From: Moniliella sp. 'wahieum'
Lineage: Eukaryota
Reading direction: 5' to 3'
DNA: 64,000 nt
NCBI GenBank assembly: GCA_003971905.1
Contig: RSEE01000060.1
Location: forward strand, 248,001 to 312,000
Part shown: one piece after another, positions 1 to 11,498 of the stretch
Position numbering within the stretch: the stretch's first letter is position 1
How the letters are laid out: the number at the start of each line of letters is the position of its first letter
Position numbers and translations under genes: made by a program
The notes under the pieces: model-generated
The model's database searches: none
Seen by the model: the letters and a program-made list of their open reading frames with translations, nothing else
Told to the model about the DNA's origin: nothing

Positions 1-943
1 GGCCTCCCACTCGTGCCGCACGGCCTCTGGCCTGCGCGCCATCCACGTCTCCGCCCGCCTCAGCGGTCCAGGCGACGCTAGCTCCGCCGCTCCGCCGCCG
101 CTCTACCCTGGCCACGTACGCCTCTCAGGACTGCAGCGTGCCTTCCTGGCCTTCGGGGCCGCCGGAACCGCATTCCTCAACCCAGCGCGCGGGGATATGG
201 TCGCTGTTCTTTCGGAGGCGTCCGGTCCTTCCTTCCTGCCCCGCCTGCGCGACCAGATGATCTCCACCGCCGAGGGACGGCGCTTGCTGCTCGAAAAGCC
301 AACGATCAATACCCACACAGTCGACATGGCGTACCTCAAGTCTCTTCCCGACGGATCATTTGGTCGAGTCTACGTCGACTGGCTCAATTGGTGCAACGTT
401 TCCCCCGACACACGCAAGCCTGTACGTTTCTTCTTGTTACTCTTTCTCTTCTCTTCTCTTCGTTTCTGTTCTCTCTCCTCTGCTAACGCGAACACCACAT
501 AGGTGCGGTACATTGATGACCTGGAACTGCGCTACGTGCTGCAGCGGTACCGCGAGTGCCATGACTTTTACCATGTTCTCTGTGGCATGCCTGTCTCCCA
601 GGGGTGAGACGGTGACCAAGTGGTTTGAGGCAGCGCACATGCACCTCCCTATGGCCGCTCTTGCGTCGATTGCGGGGCCAACTCGGCTGCGGGGCACAGA
701 CCTAGTCATCTTTCCGCAACTGGCACGATGGGCTGTCCAGATGGGTCAACAGGCTAAACCTTTGATCGCTGTCCGATGGGAGTCCCGCTGGGAACAACCG
801 TTCGACCAGGTCCGCAGGGAACTCAACATGACTCCACCCCGGTCCAGTTGGAGTACACCCCTCGTCGCGGACCGCGCAAGCTTCCCTTCTCCACGCGCAT
901 TGTTGAGGCGCGCGACAGAGGGCTATGGCCGCGCCCCTTGTGA
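1..943 (+). CDS. COQ4: Ubiquinone biosynthesis protein Coq4 (5'-partial, one intron, apparent frameshifts)
   Basis: Translation gives [16 protein letters not shown]...[21 protein letters not shown]...SPDTRKP, then intron 422-502 (GTACGT...GCTAAC...ATAG), then [24 protein letters not shown] (Coq4 HDxxH motif) and [11 protein letters not shown]. The 3' end is approximate. Confidence 0.93.
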
Positions 944-3900
944 GTCTGGGCCTACGCAGTAGATGGGATGGGTAGGACACTTGGGTGCCATATCGCACTC
1001 TACCGTCCTGCCCCAGCAAAACGTCAAGGGTGGTCTGTGCAATGCAGGCAATGAAAGGATGCTCCCCGGGCGTCCCAAAAAAAGACGCATTCTCTTCGTC
1101 ACTATCATACATGCGCACCCCCCACTCCAGCTCTGTAACATGTAAGCCCTACTGCAGTATTTTGTAGTTGGCTACGATCGAGATCCACACAAGGGCCCAC
1201 GATTCTCTTGTGGAATCGCTCTGTCTCTCGCACCAATTCTCAGCGAAAAAAGTTAAAGAAGGATCTGGCCTGCCCATTGGCCCCCAAGGCGGTTCTAATT
1301 CACTGAGCTTATCTTCGACCTCTCCATCCGTCCAAGGACATAGACTGATGCTCGCGTCTCGAAGAATTTAACTTTGACATGGGACAACTCCTGGCTCCAT
1401 CGGTCGAGAAAAGAGTTTGTCCAAGTTCTGTTGACGGTGTTCTTGAACCCGATCTGGTCCAGCATGCATCGTCGCATTTTCGAGTTGGCGGTACGTTGTG
1501 TGCACATACCGCGGATATGACCTTAAGATTGAAGCTTGACGTCTGTTGCTTGCAGTCAGAGATATTGACTTTGGGTCATTTCAGCCCGTGGTTTTGGATG
1601 CATCGAGCCAGGAGGACTGGGTGCGCCAGGCTTCGTCATGGACAGCAAAGGTTTGGGGGGGGGTATAGGGACTAACACGCAAGCTGTCGTACCCATGGTG
1701 TCTCATCGGAAAGTCGTGAACCTCCTTCTGGCTGCAGCAATTTATGAGGAAATGTTCGGGGGCATGCACAGCCAGACTCACCTCCACCAGGGGCAGGGAA
1801 TCAGGATCCCGGGACAACCAGGTTGAGATCGGCGAGGATGTTGATGAGCTGCCACTGAGAGGAAGACCTCACTGGCACAACGAGCCACGCATCCGGAAAG
1901 GGCACCCAAGAGACGAAAACAATGACGCGTGGGCGGAGATCCAAACGTTGATTGACGATGAACCCCGCCCGTGTCATGGAGAAGTGCCGTGCAGAGAGCA
2001 GTGGTATACCAAAACGGTGGAATGGGTCAACGGAATTTCTGCTCTTCTTCACTTTTCTCCTCCTTCAGCAGCTATTTCAGGACTCTCACCAACCCCCCCC
2101 TCTGCCCTACTACGAAAACACACTGTAAGATGATCGCGAAGCCCCATTGCTTTGGAGGAGAACGTGGCCACACGAAAGATGTAGATATGTGGTCCTGTCT
2201 GCTGAAGGGGCATCGCATTTCAAGCGGAACGTTTAGGCTGCGATGGCGAAAGTTGATGTGGCCGCAGGTCAGAATGGACACCCTAATAACCCACCAAAAA
2301 TATAAGCGGTTGTGCCTGTCATAGTTTGGCTGATCTCGCTCCCATTTCCAATTTCTTCGTCTCGAGCGTCTCGCTCCTTCCTGTCCTTCCACTTCGCACC
2401 ATGTCCTCTGTTCTTGCTTCTTCCCCACGAACGATTGCTACACCCCTTGGCCTAGTCCGATCCTGGTCTCTCTCGCCTTAGCCCCGACTGTGACAGTGCC
2501 CCACACATGGAAACAGAACGAGTTGATCTTTGGGCGATCCTTCCCCAACGGAAGCAGACAAAACAACACGAACAGCTTAACCTTTTGGCAGAGCGGCTTG
2601 GAACAAGTTGAGCAGCACTGTGGGCATGTGGACCGTGCCCTCGCTCCAGCCGACCGGGCACAACACATTGCCCGGCCGCAGTCCGCTTGGGATGGTGCTG
2701 CGTATTGCGCTACAGACGCCCCATCGCGGCCACGCAACTGCCCTCGTGCCCCATCTCGCCCCACCCGTCGGTTATAGTCGTACAGCCGATCCTGCTCGAT
2801 CGTCGGCAATCTCGTTGGGACGCCGCTGGGCAGCCGCCTCGCTGCCCCCCGTCCCATCGCTATCGCCATCTCCATCGCCATCCCACCATCGCCATCCCCA
2901 CCATCGCCATCCCCACCATCCTAGCCCAAGCCCTACCGTCCCATCGCTATCTCACCAGCCCACCATGCCCCCATCCTACCGCCCGTCGACCTCCTCAATG
3001 ACGATCTCGTCAGCTATCTTGGCACCATAGTCGACCCCGATGATCCGCCGCCGCGTGAGGAAATTGACCCGATTGCTGTCGCCGGCAATGTCCTCGGTGC
3101 CGCCGACGAGGAGGAGACATCGATCACATCGAAGCGGTTGGCACCTCGCTCAAGAGGAACCTTGTCGGCGTAGTCAGGCCCAGGTCGAAGCAGACATAAA
3201 CTTCTGATGGACTCCTCGGAGCCAGACGTGAAGAAGAAAAGAAGACCCAGCGGATCATTGAGCACGCCAACCCGGGCCAGTGGAGGAGAAGATGCGCATG
3301 GTTCTGGGCCAAGTCAATCAATCCCACATCCCCCCCCGAGTGGGGCTCGGCGCGCTTTGACACCCGGCCGGCGCCCGACCAGCTGCCCCTGTGTGCGTTC
3401 CCAGTTGGGGAGTGGTGCGACCAAGACAAGCTGTACGCTATCAAGAACGCATTCTTACGAAGGGGCCAGAACCGAGACACTCACCGTTCTATTCCGAACG
3501 GCTCCTTGAGGACAAGGACATGGGAGCCGTGATTGCGTCGTTGATGCTTCCCGCCCCACGAGGCCAACCGCCTCGGGCACGAGTTATCACCGCACCAAGC
3601 CTTTTTTTTCCCTGTGGCAATTGTCAATGACATCCGTCTACCGGCGGACCCTGAGTCCCGTGAGTCCAGTTTTCATTCTTTTCCGAGCTCGCACCTTCTT
3701 TGTGTTGGATGAGTCCGTCGCAGAAGTTCCTTAGTCCAATACGACGTTTCAGGGCTCACATTCTATGGTAGTAGCGAGGCCGACAGGCAACGAGGGCGTT
3801 GGGAGTACCAGCATAATATGAAAACTACTGTTAGAGTGGGAATTGGGAGCACTCGCGATCCTATGGATCAGCTGCAAAGCAGTCTTCAGACAAGACGTGA

Positions 3901-6900
3901 AGGCAAAGTGATGAGCCACAAGTCTTCAAGCAACGTCTGAAGGGAAGGAGAAAGGAGAGAGAGAAGGGAGATGGAGCGAGCAGGGCGTGCGCGGCCTGCG
4001 AGCGTCACCGATATATTGAGGGCCGTGCAGGGGAACCCTAGCACTACCCTCCAACAACTAACTACAAGGAGGAGTTGCCTGTCCTGGGTTGGTCAATTAG
4101 TGAGGACGGGAGGGGAAGACACCAAGGACCATGGGGGAAAACCAAGAACCATTGTTTACAGACAGAGACTAAAAGAGAAACAAGAACACAATGGAGGAAG
4201 AACGGGGACAGGGAAGAATAGGGGGGACGGGTACCGGGCATGGACAACCTATAGAAAGGCAAGGTATAAACGGGTATGGTGCCAGTATCGTCGCAAAGGA
4301 GAATACTGGCAATTGGGTGGCCGTGGTGGCTACCGATTCACCTGGGTAAGAGGCGACTATTGCCACACACGGATACATTGGCCTGGTGATGTGGACTGGC
4401 TAGCCTCGATCATACTGGGTTGGATTTGGGACAAAACTCTATATATATTGTTGGGTAAGGCAGACGGGCCTCAGGCCTCAGTTGAGATCGGATCAGATCG
4501 AAGACCAATCTGGGGAGGGGGCGCACATAGGCGCGGCCGGGCTTGCCAGCCCGTCTTGGCCCGTGACAAGATCGAAGGAAGCATGTCCCGTTTAGGCGCA
4601 ACAGAGAGTAGATGGGTTGTTTAGGCGAGCCAGCCCACAGTGACCATATTGGCGCACCACCATGATCACAGACTGAAAGGAACATCGCAGAGCTTCCTTG
4701 GGTTCTTGGGCCAAGATGATATGGCCTTGTAAGAGCCTGGGTGTCACGGGCGGGCCCCGCTAGGGGCTCACCCAGGTATTGGGGTACAATCCCTTATAAA
4801 CGGAAGGACGACTCACGGTAGTTACGCGCTTGAGCTGATTGGTGTGTCCACTGCGGAGCTAAGGACAAGGAGAGGCCTCTCGGCGTATAGCAGAGGCGGC
4901 TGCAAGTGTGGCAAGGCTGCTTAACACCGGCTTGGGCGGAGTAGCGCGTGTCTGAAGCCTCGTGGTTCAGGGAAGGTGGAAGGCAGCGGAGGACCGACGC
5001 TGCTGAACTGGGGCTGGACTGAGACGGGGAGCGGCGTGGCGAAGAACCAGATCACACGCGGCTTAACTGGGCTGGACCGAGGCGTGGCACGAGGAGGGCT
5101 CACGCGGGCGGGGGAACTAGGAGTACTGAGGACTGAGGACGAAGGCTGGCGATCTAAGCCGGGGTAGAAAGGCGACTAAGAGCGGGAGGAGTTGCCTGTA
5201 CTGAATCGATTGGCGAGAAGCGGGCAGGAGGTGAAGAGAATCAACAGGCGGGGGAAGGACGAAGATGGGGGGTGGGGAAAGAATCCCCACCAACACCCGT
5301 ACAGGCTCAATCTAAAAGGAAAACAAACGCAGTAGATACAGAAAGAACGGGGGGACAGAAAGTAAGGAAAAAAAAGGAAACAGTGGGACAATCAGAAAGC
5401 GGGGAACAGGAGAAACAGGGGACCCACGCGGTTGCTACCAGCGCAACGCGGAAAAGTAAGATCACAAGCACGAGGCGACTAGCGTCGCAAGATCGCAAAG
5501 GGAAAACGGGGAGCAACGGAAAGCTGGGAGCGACGAAACTGGGGTCCTCAATCAATTGAGGCGGAAGGCGACTATTGTCGCTGAGTACGTAGACTTGGAC
5601 GTTGGTTGTCATTTGCGCCAGCCACATGATGGACTTGGAAAAAGACTTGGGAGCGAGCTCTTTAATCAGATAGAGCAGACGGGCCTCGGCTTGAAGATCA
5701 GAACTGGTCGGATCTGACATGGCCGTAACACTGGACTCGCACCTGGGGAAGGACGATCCGAAGTTAAGCATATTCTCCAAGTCGGCGTTCCGCAGATTCC
5801 ACCAACGCCTCTATAGCACTAAATAATGCACCATCATCACCGCTCTGTTACGGGCTGCGTTGGATCTGAGATGGTCTGATCAAAGCTATGACCCGCTTGC
5901 TCTGCTTGCACATACCCAGTAAAGCGCGCTCCGAAGTTCAATCAAGCTTGATGATGGTTGGTTAAACCATGTACGGTGGCGCGAGTGGCTAACACGCATC
6001 CGCACGACAAGAGTCGTCCTCCGCTCAAGTCGAAGTCTGTTGGCCTAAATGGGGCCACCAAATTTCGGATATCTTGCGAAGACAGTCGCCCCGTCACCAC
6101 TCTTATCCTTCTCGGTTGCGTCTGCGGCAACCAACCCCTCTTTTGACATGATGTCTCTTTCTTTCTACATCACCCCTATTGTGTCCGTTTTCCCTTTTGA
6201 TCTAGCCTGGAACCTGGTTGGGGTGGAGATCTTTTCCCCTCCTTCCATTCTCGCCCATTCCTGACTTTCCTGTTCAAGTCCTGCCCGTTTCCAACAGCCA
6301 CAATTGATTGAGTACATGCAACCTCGTCTCAACTTAGCTGTTGCCTCCTCGTCTGCCAACTTCGTCCCCCAGCTTTCCATCAATCCAGTCGCGCGAGCCT
6401 TACTTCAAGCTACGTCGAGTCTCATCGTACCAGCTTATCGCGTTCGAGCCCCTCAACGGTCGTCCCTGTTCCGCCCCGGCGCTCACAATGTTCGTTCTCC
6501 ATTGCTGCTACCCGTCCCTAAGCTCCGGACGCTTCAGACACGTTACTATGTCTCAAGCCGGTGCAGACGTGTGCTGTGCGGATGAACTGCATGCAGCACT
6601 GGGGACATACGACCAGTGGCATTGCAGCAGCAGCAGTGTTCTTATTTTCTTCCTCTCTCGCCCTGTGGATGGGAGCATACCCCTTGTGTGAGCTATGCAG
6701 TGAATCTTATGACTTTATGCTCGTCCTTAGCCCCGCTTGAATCCACCAACTAGCCCAAGGCCAAAACTATCGGGAGTCGTTCTTGCGTCTCCTAAGGGAT
6801 TGTACGTCACAAACCTAGATGAGTTCCCTGGCGGGGCCCGCCATGACATCCCCTCTCCAATACTCCGCACTTTTTCGTCCCCTTCTTTTTTCTATCCGGC

Positions 6901-9900
6901 GCCTCTGTGCCTCTGAGGGGAGGGAGGAGGAGAACGACAGCCATCTCAACCAAAGCTCAAGTTGCTTTTGGGGTGAGAACGATGATGCCAAACGTGACCA
7001 AAGTTCTACAGAGTGACCTTTTATTTTAACTTACTCCAGTGCAGAGCATGGTTGACATAGACGTCATGTCGATCGAGGGAGCACGAGCATAGATGGACCG
7101 CAATAGCTTTCTTGGAAGGCATCGCAGCATATCACCACATGCGCAGGGAATTCACAATGAACGGACACCGTGCCCGTTTCATTCCCTTTAAGCAATGAGG
7201 ATGCTTCGAACCGGACACCGTCGGTCACCTTCGAGAAGAGGGGCCTCTCGAGGGTTTAACACCTTTCCGGAGGAAGGCGAATCCCCTTAGAATACGCGCT
7301 TTGGATACCTTGTGCGAACCCAGACAACACGAAGACGCTCAACCATAACATCCAGCGTCAGTATCTGTTCTGGCGTTATTGTAACCTGCTCTGCACTTTC
7401 AGAGATACAATGGACGAGGTCACTCACTTGTACACATGATCATGCCCAGAATGAAGGGGGCAAAGCGTCAAGAGGTGCTCGCTAATTACTCAAAATGGAT
7501 GGATGTGTTCTGGTATTCTGATCCATGCCTCCCTTGTAATGCATGATGCAAGTGAAGATTTGAGTTGTTGTCAATGTTGCTAGGTGCTACAGTCAGTGGC
7601 CTACTCGCTTTCTAAAAGCGAGAATAAGACACAATGTGAACGAAGAGGTGGGGGCACAATCTCTTCCAGCGCAAGTGTGAGGACCATCGGATGGCATCCA
7701 TACTTGTTTCTCGGTGGACTAGAGATGAATTGGGAAGATACATGATGGTGCGACAAACAAAGAGGATCGGCAGGAGACATCGGGGAATAGCCACATCAGT
7801 CTTAGTTTCAGCACCGCAGCAAAAAAACACAACAGCTGAGGTTGAGAGCTGAGAGCGAAGAGGTGGACCTTGGTTTAAAGATAAACATCGCAAGACGTAG
7901 ATGACGCGGGTCTAGCAGGCTTATATGGCCCTCGTGGATGGCGTGAGTCAGATGGAGGAATTGAGAAATGGTCCAAGATGTCACCGCGTGTAGGGGCTCT
8001 ACCTAGTGATGCTATGAGAGAAGCTATCGATCGAGGCCATTAGGTGGCGGCAAGCTAAGTACTAAAGACTCCGCCTTCGGGAGTAGCGGCGGCGAAGGAA
8101 GCATTGTTGAATGTGGTGAATTAGTCAAAGTTCACCTGCCTCTTGAACTCACCGGAGGAAGGAGGAGCATCTGGGTTTTATCTCGGGGAGTTTGCGAAAA
8201 AAATCAGTTCTTCTCCCTGTTCAAAACTGTATCAGAAAACGAAATCAATAAAAATGACAGTGATAGAGCTGTTCAGTCTGGAAGAAAACGTGCCCACGGT
8301 ATGACGGGTATTGTCTGAGAGCACTTCTTATTTCACTGTTATTTTCAAGTCCATCTGCTGGGTTTGCTCGTTTTTTGGCGCTGGCCGCAACTTTCCCTTG
8401 AACTATGCCGGAATGTCCTCCCTTATGATCATACCTATATCATGAATACTCCCTATTTAACTTCCAAGTTGCGTCCATTTCACTGACAGGGCTTAAGGCT
8501 GGGACACGGGAATCGCTACGGCTAAATCGAAACGTTCATCTTGCGCGAGTTACTTGGAAGCCCCACCAAGGTTGGGGAACCAGGGAGCTTGCCCGGATAG
8601 CAGGACCCTCCGGTTCTCGTCATCCGGTTCCGCACCCTAGGAAGGAACCAATTCCATTTAGACTCAGTTGCCAAGTCGTCCCATTGCTATGTAAAAAATG
8701 GCTAAAATGCCCAACCATTCCCATCATCAGCTGCCCAGAAATCATTTTCCATCATTGCTAGAGACTGGCACTGACGTTTCCCTGGATGAAATCGGTTCTG
8801 CCTGAGGTCTCTAATACAGGACACACCAATCCAGTTAAGTTTATGGAAACATGCCGGACCCGAGCCCTGTTACACCTTTCAGGATCCGGCGTCCTATACC
8901 AGACAACGATTTGGGGCGTTCGATTTGACCGTGCGTGCTCTACGGTCTCTATTTGCTCTCTCCATATGACAATTTTGTTGGATTGATGCCGAGAGTCTCC
9001 TTCCTCCTGCAAAGATTGAACAAGAAAAGGTCCATACATTGTCGTGCTGCCTACACACGAGTGCTAGATCGACGGGGCTCTAACAACAGATACATGTGGC
9101 CCCGCTCAGGAAATTTTTGGAGAGTCAACAACCAACATCTAAGCGCCGTGATATGAACAATTGAAGAAATGTTAGTACGTCTTTACTTCCGCTCTTAGTC
9201 TAACCATAATAAATGGTCAAGATGCGGCCTCCAGATACTAGACAAAGTATTGCATCTAGTCAAAACTAAAGGTCCTTGGGAAATGGGCAGCGGAAAGTCA
9301 ATTATCGTTCCACGGTCAGCTTGAAATCCTTCGGAATCAGTTGGTCGCAACGTATTGCAATTCAGGGGTGTATGGAATGCATAACGTCACCACTAAGCTA
9401 ATGCTGAGAAGACATGGGGAGCCAAGTGATGCGTCAGTTGAGCTTTCAGTAAAGTTACTCTAAAGATCTATACTCTCCATCTGGCTTCCTTGAATAGTGG
9501 TTGACCGATTCGCGGGAAAACTAAGAATGATGGAATCTGTGCTCCCCTCACATTAAATTAGTTCTGATAGGAACAAATGAGAACGAGTGAGATCATGGTG
9601 TTGAAACAACGTCCCTTCTAGGATGATTTCCATATCAATCACCATTGCCAACTATTGAGTCCGGCACGATTATTTCAGTCAACCCCCTAGCATTGGTTTT
9701 GGTGCATCACAGTCATGTAGCCAACAGAAAAAGAAAGACTGAAGAAAAGGTTCTGATCCAAGTCCATCTCCTTCGCATCTGACAAGGAAGATGTGACACT
9801 TCCATAGCCTTGGAAAAGGTCAGATGGTGAATATTTGCTGCTGGTTTTTGGAACACCGGCTTCAGTGTTTCTGTTGTCATCGGTGACGCCTAGACTCAAT

Positions 9901-11338
9901 CCTCAAGTGTAAAAATAATTAAACACTTCTGGCATTCCTTTCAGCAGTGTTGCCTTTAAAATGATGCTAAAGGGTTCTGGTTCCAAACAGCGAAGGGGGC
10001 TTCCCATTCGGAGAGTAATACCCTTTTTGGCCAGCTGTGTGCCCCTCTCCCTCACCTTGTCATCTCGGGCTTTTCTCTTTGTTGAGTGAGACGCCACCTG
10101 CGGCCCAGCCCATTCCGCCTCCGGTTTATTCCGGAGTAGATCTTCCCGAGACCTCTGCCCCCAGTAATTCATTTCCTTAGTCCACCATCTCCCTCCTCAC
10201 CGGTAGCAGACCGCTGGGCAGATCTCCTCCGACACTCTTTTCAGACGAGGTCCTCCATGGGTTGGCTGCCAGTCAGGGAGCTCGCCCACTCAGGACAGAT
10301 TATGAGGTATCAACTCACATCAAGAGGACCTTTGGAGGCGGACTCCGGGGGAATTGAGGTACTTGTTTGCTTGGGGCTGAGGGTGAACCCGAAAAGGGCT
10401 CTGAAGGAGGTGAGGTTTTCCACAAAAATCATTAGCAGAAGTGCATGTCTGTGCAACAAGGCAGCATAGACACTGGTGTGTGGTTTCGGTAGTAGTATCA
10501 AGGGCTATCCAAATTCCAGCCGGGAAGAAAGGCAGAGGGAACTCTATTTATCTGAGATGTGTGCTGGGATTGGAGCAGGAGCTGTGTCGGGGATTGATAG
10601 TGAACTCTCAGTGGATCGAGCGCTGGAAGACTGGAAGCAGAGAAATCGCTGGATATTATGTCACAAGGCCCATAGCAGCCGCCATTATTATTTCCGTTCC
10701 AGGCGCTACCTCTTTTATCGCAAAATCCTGTATTCTATCTGGTGTCCCCTTGCGCAGGAACGCAAAATGGGATCTGCCTTCAGCCATATATAGTCTCTCA
10801 ACAGACCACTGCGGCTTGAATACATTCTGATTGTTACATTGCAGGGGGTCGCCTGTATGAAGAGACCCAGACCAACGCTATACTATAAGATGCATTTTGG
10901 AGACAGACGACCACCAACGTTTGTTTCCATCCTCACCTCTCAATACCAGCTTCGCCATGACTCAACCATGACTCAACTGAGGGAGACTACAGCTCATCAG
11001 CTGCAGAGGTTCCCCGCACTTTTAACGTACCAAGCTCTCCCTTCAGGCCCACGCCTTTGGTCCCCTTACTCACGGCGAACCGGAGGGGCTTGCCTCTCAT
11101 CCCGGACCCAGCAGTCAAGGATATCACCGCATGGCAGGCCACACCATTACGGAATGTACCTAACAGAAGGGAAGAGGTTGTCATTTCAATATCGACTGAT
11201 GAATGCAGACCGGGGGATCTCACACGTACTCGGGAATACAGGCAAGGCTTGAAAGGGACACAATGCAAATGATAGATGATGATGAAGAAAACGGGTTATA
11301 AAGTGATCAGGGCGGGGATCTGTCGACGGAGTGGGAGA

Positions 11339-11498
11339 TGTCGGCCTCGCTACTACCACAGAATGTGAGCACTGAACGTCGTATTGGACTAAGAAGCTTC
11401 TGCGACTGACTCGTCCAGAAGACTGGTGCGAGCTCGGAAGGAATGAAAGCTGACTCACGTGACTCAGGGTCCGCGCGGTCCTAGGACGGATGTCAACA
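11339..11498 (-). repeat. 3' LTR of the copia element (160 bp)
   Basis: Plus-strand TGTCGGCCTC...GGATGTCAACA matches 16233-16392 base for base on manual comparison. It is preceded on the element strand by a short purine tract AGCGGGGG (11506-11499, putative PPT). Confidence 0.97.

Noticed and set aside
3971..4624. 217-aa plus-strand ORF as a real gene or LINE ORF
   Set aside because: No recognisable motif (no endonuclease, RT or CCHC), and the similarity between duplicated copies reads better on the minus strand.
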